64,000 nucleotides of DNA from Candidatus Latescibacterota bacterium (lineage in GTDB: Bacteria > Latescibacterota > UBA2968): assembly GCA_965205975.1 (NCBI GenBank), contig OZ242195.1:1184001-1248000 (forward strand). The letters are read 5' to 3'. The translations under genes and the position numbers were made by a program. Below, one piece after another: positions 37,877-48,231 of this stretch. The notes under the pieces are model-generated. The model was not told the DNA's origin, did not search any database, and saw only the letters and a list, made by a program, of their open reading frames with translations. Position 1 is the first letter of the stretch; every line of letters starts with the position of its first letter.

Positions 37877-38995
37877 TTAGAAATTGAATGTGAGTGTGGC
37901 GCGAAGGCCTTTGCTGTATGTGGGTGCAAGGCTCAGGTTGAGGCGTTGGGGTGACACCTCGACCCATTTGTCTGATTTTTTTGCAGCACCAATGAGAGTG
38001 GAGAGAAGGCACACTAATGCACCGGTGGAATATCCCACTAATGTTGCCATACCGAGGGTGTAATATGAGAGACTGGTATCGCCACTTCTCTGGTCAATAC
38101 GCTTTTCTTCTCTATCTGTAGATATAATTGTGAATCCAATGATGACGGCTCCGGCACCAAGCCCAATTATCAAGCCTTTGCCTGTGTTTCTATACTGTTT
38201 GAGGCTGACGTCGAATGTAGAGATTGAAGAAATAGGCACCTGATAAAAACTACGCCCTTTTTGGATAACGAGTGTGTCATCCATCATTTTAATAAGCCTG
38301 CCAACCATCTGTCCCCTCTGAATCGACGGGGCATACACACGCACTCGGGCATTGTATTTGGCTCCGGTCTCTCGATATCGCTCAATCTCTTGCATGCGTT
38401 TGGCGACAATGAGAGTATCAATGTCGTTGTATGCTATGTTATGGGTATCAGCCCCATATTTGAGTGCGATACGGCTTGAGTCCTTGTCTGCAATTCGGCC
38501 TATTCTTGTGGCTCCTTGAGATGTATAGACGATGTATGCATACCACCCCTTTGTGATCTCTGATGGGTCAATCTGTCCGCGTGGCATGACTGTGACGGTC
38601 TTTTGGTTGAGCCGTTGGATAGCGGCTTGCTCTATCTCTGGTCCTCTTTCTGCCATATTTCCAATAAACCACTGATTTACCTCATTCATTTGCTTTAGCG
38701 TGGTTGCTTCCTCACTCATGATCACGGACAGGACTTTGGCGTAAGCAATCGTCTTCTTTCCCCAAAGACCATTCCGAATGGTAAACGAAGTCTTTCCAAC
38801 AGCATCAATCCAGCCCTTGTCTAATATCTGTTTATTCTTGCTATCGTAATAGGTGAATGCAACATAAGCATCTCGGACCAACGTATTGGCATTTACCTCT
38901 GCCCCTTTCAGGTATGTGGCTGCATACGCGAGTGTGGGAGCCATCGCGTTGAGCAAGAGGGTCGCGGTTACAAAGACAGCAGCTAATTTTTTCAT
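37877..38995 (-). CDS. Exported hypothetical protein (three small beta-rich repeats, two Gly-rich hydrophobic helices, terminal Phe)
   Basis: Signal peptide MKKLAAVF..AYA; AGGAG RBS; ends LRATLTFNF. Confidence 0.75.
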   Translation of the reverse strand: MKKLAAVFVTATLLLNAMAPTLAYAATYLKGAEVNANTLVRDAYVAFTYYDSKNKQILDKGWIDAVGKTSFTIRNGLWGKKTIAYAKVLSVIMSEEATTLKQMNEVNQWFIGNMAERGPEIEQAAIQRLNQKTVTVMPRGQIDPSEITKGWYAYIVYTSQGATRIGRIADKDSSRIALKYGADTHNIAYNDIDTLIVAKRMQEIERYRETGAKYNARVRVYAPSIQRGQMVGRLIKMMDDTLVIQKGRSFYQVPISSISTFDVSLKQYRNTGKGLIIGLGAGAVIIGFTIISTDREEKRIDQRSGDTSLSYYTLGMATLVGYSTGALVCLLSTLIGAAKKSDKWVEVSPQRLNLSLAPTYSKGLRATLTFNF

Positions 38996-39072
38996 GAGAT
39001 TCTCCTTTTAAAACAAATGTACCTCATTGATTCCGCTCAAAAGTCAATGAGCTATCTCCTGCATCCAAAAAA

Positions 39073-42000
39073 CTATGCAGAGGAGCCAAAGTGGTTTACA
39101 AAGATCAGAAAATCAGGCGTGCCAATGGTTCCATCACCATCCAGATCCATATCCGCATTAAAACCATCATCACCTTCAGATAGACCAAACGCGGCTACAA
39201 AAAGTAAATGATCTGCTGTATCGACCATACCATCATCATTAAAGTCGCCTATCAGACTGACAGCCATTGAGAAACTTTCAGTTGCAGTCGCACTTGCATT
39301 ATCCGTCACAGTCACGGTCAGTGTGAAAGTGCCTCTCGCTGTGGGTGTGCCTGTGATCTGTCCACTGCTGGCATTGATAGACAGACCAGAACCTGTGGCG
39401 GGATTGCTGGACAGGGAATAGGTGTATGGCGTTTGCCCCCCTGAGGCTGAGACCTGAATAGGCGTAATCGGGCTGTTGGTCTGCACACCACTGATCTTGA
39501 CGGTTATATCACTTATCTCTGCGACTGTCAGTGTTGAAATGGGTGTGGGCGCATTTACTGTCAGGGAGAAACTACGCGTGCCTGTCCTGCCGTGATCATC
39601 GGTCACAGTCACGGTCAGTGTGAAAGTCCCTGTCTGTGTTGGCGTGCCAGTGATACGACCACTGCTCGAATTGATAGAAAGACCAGAACCAGCAGGGTCG
39701 CTGGACAGGGAATACTCATAAGACGTTTGCCCTCCCGATGCTGAGACCTGAATAGGCGTAATAGCGGTGTTTTGTGTGACGGTGATATTGCCAATTGCCG
39801 AGACGGTCACGCGCGGTCTCACGCGCATGGTGAAGGGACGACTGACCTGTGTGGGTAAATCACGGCTACCAACCCCATCTCGCACAGCCACTGTGATCGT
39901 GAAATCTCTACTTGCTGTAGGTGTGCCAGTGATGCGGCCATTCGAATCAATAGAAAGGCCAGAACCTGTAGGAGGGTTGTGCGCTGGGAGAGGGCTACTC
40001 GCTGGGGGCCGGTTGCTCCCTATCCAATACGTGTAGGACCCACTACCGCCTGAAGCTCTTACCTGTATAGGGTTAATTCTCACATCCTGAGTCGCTACCA
40101 CATCCGCTATTACCGAAATACTCAAGGCCGTGGGAGCCGCAGAAACAGACAGGTTAAACGTTGTCGATGCCTCGCCACCTACAGCATCTCGCACGGTCAC
40201 TGTAATGTCAGATTCGCCAGTTGCTTTGGGCCTACCGGTGAGGAGAACCCCGTTTTGATCAAATACGATACCTGAAGGCAAGTCAGATGTGGAATACGTA
40301 TAAGTTCCCCACCCTCCTGATGCATTTACTGATATATCTGTAATTGCCACATTCTGGGTTGCTGTCACATCCGCTATTGATGCGATTGTCAGGGGAGTGG
40401 TATTATTTCTGGTGTTGTTCGACAATGTCATATCCGTCAGTGTCTGCGTCCCTTGCAAATCCAGGCCCACCACGGAATGTTGAATCGTAAAATGGCTCAT
40501 AGTCAAGTTACCGTGATTCCTGATGCCATACCAGTGTCCAGACGCGGGACTTGAACTGTCGGAACGAAATACAATAGGCTGCGAGCTTGTTCCATTGGCG
40601 TTTATCGTTCCATAGTTGATAATATCAACGCGATTTGAATCCTTCATGCTATGAATATCTCTGTTGGGGTAAGCCTTAATCGTCGTGCCAGCGTCAATTG
40701 TCAGGGTTGCGCCAGGATAGACCACAATATCACCAATCAGCTTGATTGTATCACGCCAGGTGACGTTTTGCACGATTGGGAATTGTTGAAACCACCTTTT
40801 ACTGTTGTAAGAAATTCGTCTTTGTTCTGGAGGATCGCCGATAAATTCTCCATAAGGAACTTTAAAAAATGAATAACCACTTGCTCCTGAAGTGCCCCAG
40901 CTACCATTATGAAATGGCCCTACAGGAGAATCATTTGTTTTTTGTAACCTCTCATTTGGAAGTCCACTCCCCGGTGAGTCAACTTCCAATGTCCCCCATC
41001 TTGCTCCGGTGCCCAACCAACTCATTTCTGGTGATAACCCCTTATTGGGTTGACCTGGATCGAGATTGGGCAGAAATATTAAATCATAAGATTGTGCAAC
41101 ATCAGGATTTGTGTCCTCAACATTGGTGCTCAGGACAACGCCACTCTTTGTCATACCTTCATCCCAACCTCCCGCTTCTATTGGGCCCAAATCAATATAA
41201 CCACCGGGATCCGGATATGTGTCTCCCGTAGGATAGCCGCCATGGGAACCTGCTCCTACATAGACAACAGGATGAGTTCCGCCTTCAGCCGGTGCAAAAT
41301 GTGTTTGGGGGTCAAAAACCCTTCCACCAATGCTGGTATAGGTTAGGCCATTCCCATGAAATTTGTAGTCAATTCCAACGAGTTGTGCCATACCTGGGTT
41401 AAAGGAGTTCACAATAACATTAATGTGCTGCCAATCTCCCTCATGGTTATTTTGAAAATCATTGAAGGGATAAAAGTAATAATACTGTATGACGACATTA
41501 CCATCACCTTTGTCAAAAATATGTACGTATGCTGTGTTGGGAAATCCGAGGGCTGCGCCACGTTTAGGATGGGTAGTTGAAAAATAATAGTGATACCAGT
41601 TTTTAGAGGTGCCTCCGTCGTTGTCTTCACGTACGCCAGGATATTCAAAATGTGCCGTCACCTGATAGGTATTACTTAATGCACTACTTGGAGGACTTCC
41701 AACATATGTGAACGTTTCAGGCAAGAAGGCAAATTTATTCTGTGAAAAATTAACAAAAGACATCTGGCTATCCAGACCGGGACTCCATCCTGATGCTGGA
41801 TATTGGACATAGATAGGCTCGTGTCCTTCTCTATCAAGATAAAACCAAAGACCATCAACAGATGTAGCCTCCATTATTTCCACAGGTTCAGGGAAGATCA
41901 CTCTGCGGTTCTCTCTACTTGGATGTTCTGTCAAAATTAAAATCGGAGAAAATTTCTCGGCAAGTTCTATCGAATAAACACTCATATTGAAACTGCGCTC

Positions 42001-43509
42001 CGCAGTATTGCCGTGATCATCGGTCACGGTTACGGTAATTGTGGAAGTCCCATCCTGTGAGGGTCTGCCGGTGATGCGATTGCCACTTGATAAAGAGATA
42101 CCTGAAGGTGCGCCAGATATGGAATACGTATAGGGTTCCCAACCGCCGGATGCGGATAAATGAATCGGGGTAATCAGGTTGTCTTTTTCGACTGTTTTAT
42201 ACGCTATAGGTGAGACGCTCAGTGCTGGAGAAATGGTTATGTTCAGGGCATCATTACTCACACTCTGACCTGCTTCATCCCGCACTACGACTCTTACTGT
42301 GAAATCCCCATTCTCTGTTGGGGTACCTGTGAGGGTTCCCGATAGGTCATCAATATCCAGGCCATCGGGTGCGCCGTTTGTGTCTATGTGATATGTATAG
42401 GATGGTCGGCCTCCGGATACAATTATCCGAGGGGTCTGAGGAGGCGTAGATGTTAATGAGGTCCAGATGGAACTGTCTTCTGTGCCCTTTATATCTTCAG
42501 GCCATGTCACTGTCAATGGCGGCAAGACCGGCGTGGCACTCACACTGACGGACGCGCCATCACCAGTCGCATTCACCGCACGTATCTCGAAGGTGTACTC
42601 GGTGTCATTTGTCAGGTTATCTATTCTGTGACTGGTTGTGTTTGCATCACTGTCGGTAATATCTGTCCAGTCCGGAGAATAGGTGCTGCCGCTATCTTCG
42701 CTTTGTCGATACTGATAGGTCGTGATGCTCGCATTGTTCGGGTTGTCCCAACTCAGTGTGACGTGTTGATCCCCTGCCTCAGCAGCGAGGTTTGTCACCG
42801 CAACAGGTGCAGATACCGCTAATACTGGCGTGGCGTAAAAACGCTGTGTCGTGGGACCATTGCCCACACTGTTCACCGCATACAGGGTAAAGGCATATTC
42901 GAGGTTGTTGGTCAGATTAGTCACTGGATAGCTCATTGTAGTGCCATTGGTCGTGATCGCACTATTCGAGATTTCTGTCGTGCCCAACCATCCTCGTTCT
43001 GGATGCCTTGTGTTGTAGCGATAACGCGTGATAGTCGCGTCATTGGGATCATCCCAGCTTAGTGTCACCTGACCATTACCGGCTTGCAATGCAAAGTTGC
43101 CCGGTATGTGGGGCACGGCTGCAGGTGTGGCACTTACGGTGGCTGATGCTGCACCATCGCCTGCACTGCTGACTGCGCGTATCTGAAAATCGTATCTCCT
43201 GCCATTGGTCAGACCTGTCCTGATATAACGGATGGGAACACCGGGTCTATTGGCGTGCCTTTCATCGCTACCTACAATGTCTGTCCAATTTGACCAGGTG
43301 CTACCGCTATCTTCGCTCTGCTGATATTGATACTTTTCGATAGCAGACCCATTGTCAGAACCAGGTTTCCACTTAAACACGACCAGACCATTGCCTCTTT
43401 CCACAACAAATGATGCTGGCGCAGAAGGTGGCGAGGTTTGGGCAGCAACACGTCCAGAGATCAGGATAGCACTTATGACTATGGCAGGCAATACAGATTG
43501 TATCTTCAT
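39073..43509 (-). CDS. Large secreted surface protein: 3x FN3, putative Ig (He_PIG) repeats, Vps62/NPP1-like domain, beta-helix segment, C-terminal dockerin/EF-hand
   Basis: LTNG..Y.F.IRAV FN3 motifs; ASGG..Y.YS...G.ITGTPT repeats; IQYYYFYPFND...HEGDWQH; terminal GDFNDDG...DLDGDGTIGTPDFLIF. Confidence 0.88.
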   Translation of the reverse strand: MKIQSVLPAIVISAILISGRVAAQTSPPSAPASFVVERGNGLVVFKWKPGSDNGSAIEKYQYQQSEDSGSTWSNWTDIVGSDERHANRPGVPIRYIRTGLTNGRRYDFQIRAVSSAGDGAASATVSATPAAVPHIPGNFALQAGNGQVTLSWDDPNDATITRYRYNTRHPERGWLGTTEISNSAITTNGTTMSYPVTNLTNNLEYAFTLYAVNSVGNGPTTQRFYATPVLAVSAPVAVTNLAAEAGDQHVTLSWDNPNNASITTYQYRQSEDSGSTYSPDWTDITDSDANTTSHRIDNLTNDTEYTFEIRAVNATGDGASVSVSATPVLPPLTVTWPEDIKGTEDSSIWTSLTSTPPQTPRIIVSGGRPSYTYHIDTNGAPDGLDIDDLSGTLTGTPTENGDFTVRVVVRDEAGQSVSNDALNITISPALSVSPIAYKTVEKDNLITPIHLSASGGWEPYTYSISGAPSGISLSSGNRITGRPSQDGTSTITVTVTDDHGNTAERSFNMSVYSIELAEKFSPILILTEHPSRENRRVIFPEPVEIMEATSVDGLWFYLDREGHEPIYVQYPASGWSPGLDSQMSFVNFSQNKFAFLPETFTYVGSPPSSALSNTYQVTAHFEYPGVREDNDGGTSKNWYHYYFSTTHPKRGAALGFPNTAYVHIFDKGDGNVVIQYYYFYPFNDFQNNHEGDWQHINVIVNSFNPGMAQLVGIDYKFHGNGLTYTSIGGRVFDPQTHFAPAEGGTHPVVYVGAGSHGGYPTGDTYPDPGGYIDLGPIEAGGWDEGMTKSGVVLSTNVEDTNPDVAQSYDLIFLPNLDPGQPNKGLSPEMSWLGTGARWGTLEVDSPGSGLPNERLQKTNDSPVGPFHNGSWGTSGASGYSFFKVPYGEFIGDPPEQRRISYNSKRWFQQFPIVQNVTWRDTIKLIGDIVVYPGATLTIDAGTTIKAYPNRDIHSMKDSNRVDIINYGTINANGTSSQPIVFRSDSSSPASGHWYGIRNHGNLTMSHFTIQHSVVGLDLQGTQTLTDMTLSNNTRNNTTPLTIASIADVTATQNVAITDISVNASGGWGTYTYSTSDLPSGIVFDQNGVLLTGRPKATGESDITVTVRDAVGGEASTTFNLSVSAAPTALSISVIADVVATQDVRINPIQVRASGGSGSYTYWIGSNRPPASSPLPAHNPPTGSGLSIDSNGRITGTPTASRDFTITVAVRDGVGSRDLPTQVSRPFTMRVRPRVTVSAIGNITVTQNTAITPIQVSASGGQTSYEYSLSSDPAGSGLSINSSSGRITGTPTQTGTFTLTVTVTDDHGRTGTRSFSLTVNAPTPISTLTVAEISDITVKISGVQTNSPITPIQVSASGGQTPYTYSLSSNPATGSGLSINASSGQITGTPTARGTFTLTVTVTDNASATATESFSMAVSLIGDFNDDGMVDTADHLLFVAAFGLSEGDDGFNADMDLDGDGTIGTPDFLIFVNHFGSSA

Positions 43510-43815
43510 CTTAAATTTACCTCTTTTTTTGAGAAGTTGAGTGGTGAATGCGGTGCGGAGTTCATTTGTATTTCAGACATTTCTTTGTATTTTTATTTTC
43601 CATTTTTATCCGTACATGATTATCACCTGTCCTTATAGATTAAATAAATTTTAGAAGTCTAATTCATTGTTTGGAAATAGGCTACATTATTTAATGCTTT
43701 TTGTCGAGAATATTTTTTCACACGATTCACACAGTTTCTACATACGTTTGCAAATGAGGATATGGCTATCGGGCTATCCACACCTTTGAAACAGCTATAT
43801 ATGGACGCTATCTTC

Positions 43816-43859
43816 TTGACTGGATCTCCAGGTTTTTATATATTTAGTCCTGGCTAAAT
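43816..43859 (+). promoter_or_regulatory. Sigma70 promoter (TTGACT-17-TATATT) overlapped by an MntR/DtxR-type palindrome ATTTAG-N6-CTAAAT (43842-43859)
   Basis: Read directly upstream of the metal ABC operon, which ends in an MntR/TroR gene. Confidence 0.7.
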
Positions 43860-43912
43860 TTTATTTTAGCAGCACTATAAGAAGTATTGTAGGCATGTAT
43901 AACGGAGGGTGT

Positions 43913-44827
43913 ATGTACAGATTTTTTATTATGGCTGGTGTATTATTGCTGTGCGCGTGTGGTGGTGGCGAAACGCCGCCGGTTGAACAAGACAAAAAGC
44001 TGGTGGTGTGTACGACCGGGATGGTCGGCGATCTGGTGCGCCATGTTGCGGGGGATCGCGCAGAGGTGATTTCTCTGATGGGACCTGGGATTGATCCGCA
44101 TTATTACAAGGCGACGCAGGGCGATTTGCAGAAACTGTCTCGAGCAGATGTGATATTTTACAATGGTCTTTTTTTGGAAGGCAAGCTGGAAGGTATTTTT
44201 GAAAAGATGGCGCGCAGCAAGACGGTAATTCCCATATCGCGGGATATTCCCAAAGACAGACTGCGAAAACCGGTTGCTGGACAGGGAGAGCACGATCCGC
44301 ATATCTGGTTTGATGTCAGCATGTGGGCAGAAACGCTGCCCGTGGTTGTTCAGACACTGAGTGAGATTGACGCCAAAGGTGCCGACGTATTTCGCGCCAA
44401 TGCCGAGGCTTATCGCAAGCAATTGCTCGATCTCGATGCCTGGGCAAAGGAGCAGATTGCGCGCATTCCCAGCGATCAGCGCGTGCTGATTACGGCACAC
44501 GATGCCTTTGGATATTTTGGCCTTGCTTACGGTATTGAAGTGCGCGGGCTTCAGGGGATTTCAACTGTGGCCGAATACGGCGTCAACGATGTGTCCCTGC
44601 TGGTAAATTTTATAGTCAAACGACAGGTGAAAGCCATTTTTGTGGAAAGCAGTGTGCCCGAGCGTTCGATCAATGCTGTGCGCGAAGGGTGCAAAGCGCG
44701 AGGGTGGGATGTAGCAATTGGAGGTACGCTGTATTCCGACGCAATGGGACCTGCGGGCAGTGGAGCCGATACGTACATCGGTATGGTGCAGTCAAATGTG
44801 AACACAATTGTCGAGGCGTTAAAATAA
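43913..44827 (+). CDS. Mn/Zn/Fe ABC transporter substrate-binding lipoprotein (TroA/MntA-like)
   Basis: Lipobox, DPHYY, DPHIW, AHDAFGYF, LYSD. Confidence 0.93.
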   Translation: MYRFFIMAGVLLLCACGGGETPPVEQDKKLVVCTTGMVGDLVRHVAGDRAEVISLMGPGIDPHYYKATQGDLQKLSRADVIFYNGLFLEGKLEGIFEKMARSKTVIPISRDIPKDRLRKPVAGQGEHDPHIWFDVSMWAETLPVVVQTLSEIDAKGADVFRANAEAYRKQLLDLDAWAKEQIARIPSDQRVLITAHDAFGYFGLAYGIEVRGLQGISTVAEYGVNDVSLLVNFIVKRQVKAIFVESSVPERSINAVREGCKARGWDVAIGGTLYSDAMGPAGSGADTYIGMVQSNVNTIVEALK

Positions 44828-45612
44828 TGTTACACGCAGTTGATGAATCGGTGACGCCCATTCATATTCACGATATGACGGTGGCGTATCACAAGAAACC
44901 CGTTCTTTGGGATGTCGATCTCGCCGTGCCAGAAGGCAAACTCGTGGGGGTTGTGGGTCCCAATGGCGCGGGCAAGAGTACGATGATCAAAGCCATTATG
45001 GATCTCGTGCCCAAGGCTTCGGGGTGGGTCCACATCTACGGCAAGCCCTATTCGCGCATGCGCCAGGCCATTGGCTATGTGCCGCAACGCGAGTCAGTGG
45101 ATTGGGATTTTCCCATCAATGCCTTAGATGTGGTGCTTATGGGACGTTATGGGCACGTTGGGTGGGTGAGACGTCCGGATAAAATTGATAGAGAACTGGC
45201 CGAGGAAGCACTTGAAAAGGTCGGTATGACCGATTTTGGGCATCGGCAGATCAATCAGCTTTCGGGAGGCCAGCAACAGCGGGTTTTCTTGGCTCGAGCC
45301 CTGGCGCAAGATGCACAAATTTATTTAATGGACGAACCCTTTGCCGGCGTGGATGCGGCGACCGAACGCGCCATTATTGATATTTTGATGGATCTAAGGG
45401 CGCGAAAAAAGACCATGCTGGTTGTACATCACGATTTGCACACAGTGAACCAGTATTTTGACTGGCTGGTTTTGATCAATATGCGGATTGTTGCCGCGGG
45501 CGAGACGAGAGGTGTGTTCACTGAAGATAATTTGAATAAAACCTACGGCGGGCGGTTAACGGTTCTTTCCGAAGCCGCACAGGCTGTTGCCCATCATCAA
45601 CGGGGTTTATGA
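44827..45612 (+). CDS. Metal ABC transporter ATPase (TroB/MntB-like)
   Basis: GPNGAGKS, LSGGQQQR, MDEPFAGVD, VHHDL. Confidence 0.95.
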   Translation: MLHAVDESVTPIHIHDMTVAYHKKPVLWDVDLAVPEGKLVGVVGPNGAGKSTMIKAIMDLVPKASGWVHIYGKPYSRMRQAIGYVPQRESVDWDFPINALDVVLMGRYGHVGWVRRPDKIDRELAEEALEKVGMTDFGHRQINQLSGGQQQRVFLARALAQDAQIYLMDEPFAGVDAATERAIIDILMDLRARKKTMLVVHHDLHTVNQYFDWLVLINMRIVAAGETRGVFTEDNLNKTYGGRLTVLSEAAQAVAHHQRGL

Positions 45613-45613
45613 G

Positions 45614-46900
45614 GTGATTTGGGACGCGACATTTCAACTGGTTTTGCTCGGCTCGCTGTTGATTGGGGCGACATCGGGTACGTTGGGAGCATTTGCCGTG
45701 TTGCGGCGGCGTAGCCTTTTGGGCGATGCGCTGGCGCATGCAGCACTTCCGGGTGTTGCGCTGGCATTTCTGTGGTCACAGAGCAAGGCATTGCCCATAC
45801 TACTTTTGGGCGCGACAGTTTCCGGTGTGGTGGGCGTGCTTATTATTGAGGCTATTGTCAATTATACGCGCATCAAATCAGACGCTGCGCTGGGCATTGT
45901 TCTTTCGGTATTTTTTGGTGGGGGAATTGTGTTGCTCACGCATATTCAACAAAGCGAGGTGGGCAATCAAAGTGGTCTGGATAAATTTCTTTTTGGGCAG
46001 GCGGCTTCTATTGTGCGCACAGATCTGTATGTGATGTGCATCGTGTCTGCGCTGGTTATGATTGCAGTTTTTCTTTTTTTTAAGGAGTTTAAGGGGCTCA
46101 TTTTTGATGCGGAGTTTCTATCTTCACTGGGATTTTCCCAGCGTGTGGTCGATCTTTTGTTGATGGGCTTGATCGTGCTTACCGTTATGGTGGGGCTTCA
46201 GGCTGTGGGGGTTATTCTCATTGCTGCGATGTTGATTACCCCGGCTGCTGCTGCGCGGTTTTGGACAGACCGGCTGCATGTGATGGTGCTGGTATCGGGC
46301 ATTTTAGGCGCGTTATGCGGTGCGCTGGGCGTTGGCCTGAGCGCGCTGGCACCCCGAGTCCCAACGGGGCCAGTGATGGTGCTGGTTGCTACGGCTGCAT
46401 TTCTCATTTCTGTGCTGATTGCTCCCAGACGCGGGGTGCTGGCCAGATGGGCGAGGCTCAGGGCAAATGCGTTGCGGGAGAATGGTCAGCATTTTTTGCG
46501 GGCATATCTCGCGTTGCAGACGCAGGACAAGGAGGAGGTCGTATTGGCGGACCTCGCCAGCGAGCTTCAGTTACCACTTTATCGCATACGTCGGCTTGCA
46601 AAGCGTCTCGCGCGCGATAGGTGGGTGAACCTGCACAATGGTGCGTGTTCTTTGACGGAATTGGGACACAAAGAGGCGAATTTTGTGGTAAAGTCCCATC
46701 AGCTATGGGAATATTATCTGGTTTATCGGTCTATCCTGGAGGAGGATCACGTGGATAGGCCCGCCGATGAGGTCGAGCATATTTTAACGCCTGAGATTAT
46801 TGAACAGCTTGAACTAATTCTGGCACAAGAAGATATAGATGTTTCGGGAGATATCCACAAAACGCATAGCGGTTATCGGAGGACTGGCAAAGATGGGTGA
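45614..46900 (+). CDS. Metal ABC permease (TroC-like) fused to a DtxR-like wHTH/dimerisation domain
   Basis: GDALAHAALPG permease motif; C-terminal LTELG..A..VKSHQLWEYYL...HVDRPADEVEHIL. Confidence 0.9.
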   Translation: MIWDATFQLVLLGSLLIGATSGTLGAFAVLRRRSLLGDALAHAALPGVALAFLWSQSKALPILLLGATVSGVVGVLIIEAIVNYTRIKSDAALGIVLSVFFGGGIVLLTHIQQSEVGNQSGLDKFLFGQAASIVRTDLYVMCIVSALVMIAVFLFFKEFKGLIFDAEFLSSLGFSQRVVDLLLMGLIVLTVMVGLQAVGVILIAAMLITPAAAARFWTDRLHVMVLVSGILGALCGALGVGLSALAPRVPTGPVMVLVATAAFLISVLIAPRRGVLARWARLRANALRENGQHFLRAYLALQTQDKEEVVLADLASELQLPLYRIRRLAKRLARDRWVNLHNGACSLTELGHKEANFVVKSHQLWEYYLVYRSILEEDHVDRPADEVEHILTPEIIEQLELILAQEDIDVSGDIHKTHSGYRRTGKDG

Positions 46901-48167
46901 GTTTTGGGGACCATTTTGGATTGTACTTGCAGGTGCGCTGGCCGGGGCTTCGTGTGGTCTGTTGGGCGCGTATCTCGTGTTGCGCAAGATGTCGCTTTTG
47001 GGCGATGCACTAAGCCATGCTGTTTTGCCGGGCATTGTTATTGCGTTTCTACTTTCGGGCAGCCGCGATGTGATTCCGATGTTTATTGGTGCTGCTATAT
47101 GTGGGGTGATTGCCACGGTGTTGATCGAGACATTTCACCGCAGGTGGCGCGTGCAAGAAGACTCGTCAATAGGCATTACTTTCACAGCGCTTTTCGCGCT
47201 GGGAGTCGTTTTGATCACGGCATTTGCCGGGCAGGTCGATCTCGATCAGGAATGCGTGCTTTACGGAGAGATCGCGTACACGCCCTGGGATCGCCTATTC
47301 TGGGGAGAATGGGATCTGGGACCGCGTCCGATATGGATTCTCGGAACAGTATTTGCGCTTAATATCGCGCTTGTTCTGGTGTTCTACAAAGAACTTTTGA
47401 TCTCGTCTTTCGATGCCGAGATGGCACTTTCTGTGGGCGTGAGTGCCGCGCTGGTTCATTATATGCTGATGGGAGCCGTTTCTGTAACAACAGTAGCCGC
47501 ATTTGAGTCCGTAGGGGCTATTCTCGTTGTGGCAATGCTGATTGTTCCCGGCGCCTCGGCTTATTTGTGGAGTGATCGGTTAAAAGTTATTTTGAGCCTG
47601 TCTGCGTTGATGGGCGTTATTTCCGCAATTGCCGGGTATTTTCTCGCAGGGGTTTGGAATAGTTCTATTGCCGGGGCTATGGTTGTCGTTATGGGTGCGC
47701 TGTTCGCGCTTTCCCTGATTTTTGCACCCCACTATGGGCTGCTGGGGCGATTTGTGCGGCGGGTGCGACTCTCTTTGAAGGTTGCGCGAGACCACGTTTT
47801 GTTGAAGTTGCTTCGAGATAGGGAATCGCAGCGCGTCTCTGCCCTCAGTTGGGGCGATCTCGTCGATACGGCGGCGCGTTGGGTATCCGGTATTGCGATT
47901 CGGTCGTTGATCTGGCAAGGGTTGATCACGCGGAAAAATGGACATTTTTCACTGGGAGAACAGGGCGTTATACACGCGACCAGATTGCTCCGCAATCACA
48001 GGCTTTGGGAGTCCTACCTGAACCAATTGGGGCTTCCGCCAGATCATGTACACGCTCCTGCCGACGCGCTGGAACACTTTACGGATGACCACTTGCGGGA
48101 AGAAATTCGAGCGGCATTGCCCAATATCGCAACCGATCCACAGGGCAAGCGCATTCCCGATGGATAG
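46893..48167 (+). CDS. Metal ABC permease (TroD-like) fused to a DtxR-like C-terminal domain
   Basis: GDALSHAVLPG; C-terminal RNHRLWESYL...HVHAPADALEHF...DPQGKRIP. Confidence 0.9.
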   Translation: MGEFWGPFWIVLAGALAGASCGLLGAYLVLRKMSLLGDALSHAVLPGIVIAFLLSGSRDVIPMFIGAAICGVIATVLIETFHRRWRVQEDSSIGITFTALFALGVVLITAFAGQVDLDQECVLYGEIAYTPWDRLFWGEWDLGPRPIWILGTVFALNIALVLVFYKELLISSFDAEMALSVGVSAALVHYMLMGAVSVTTVAAFESVGAILVVAMLIVPGASAYLWSDRLKVILSLSALMGVISAIAGYFLAGVWNSSIAGAMVVVMGALFALSLIFAPHYGLLGRFVRRVRLSLKVARDHVLLKLLRDRESQRVSALSWGDLVDTAARWVSGIAIRSLIWQGLITRKNGHFSLGEQGVIHATRLLRNHRLWESYLNQLGLPPDHVHAPADALEHFTDDHLREEIRAALPNIATDPQGKRIPDG

Positions 48168-48231
48168 GATATCCTTGCTTGTATGTGAGGTTTATCTTAC
48201 TTTTGTTTCATAGCTATTTAGGGGAAGGACA

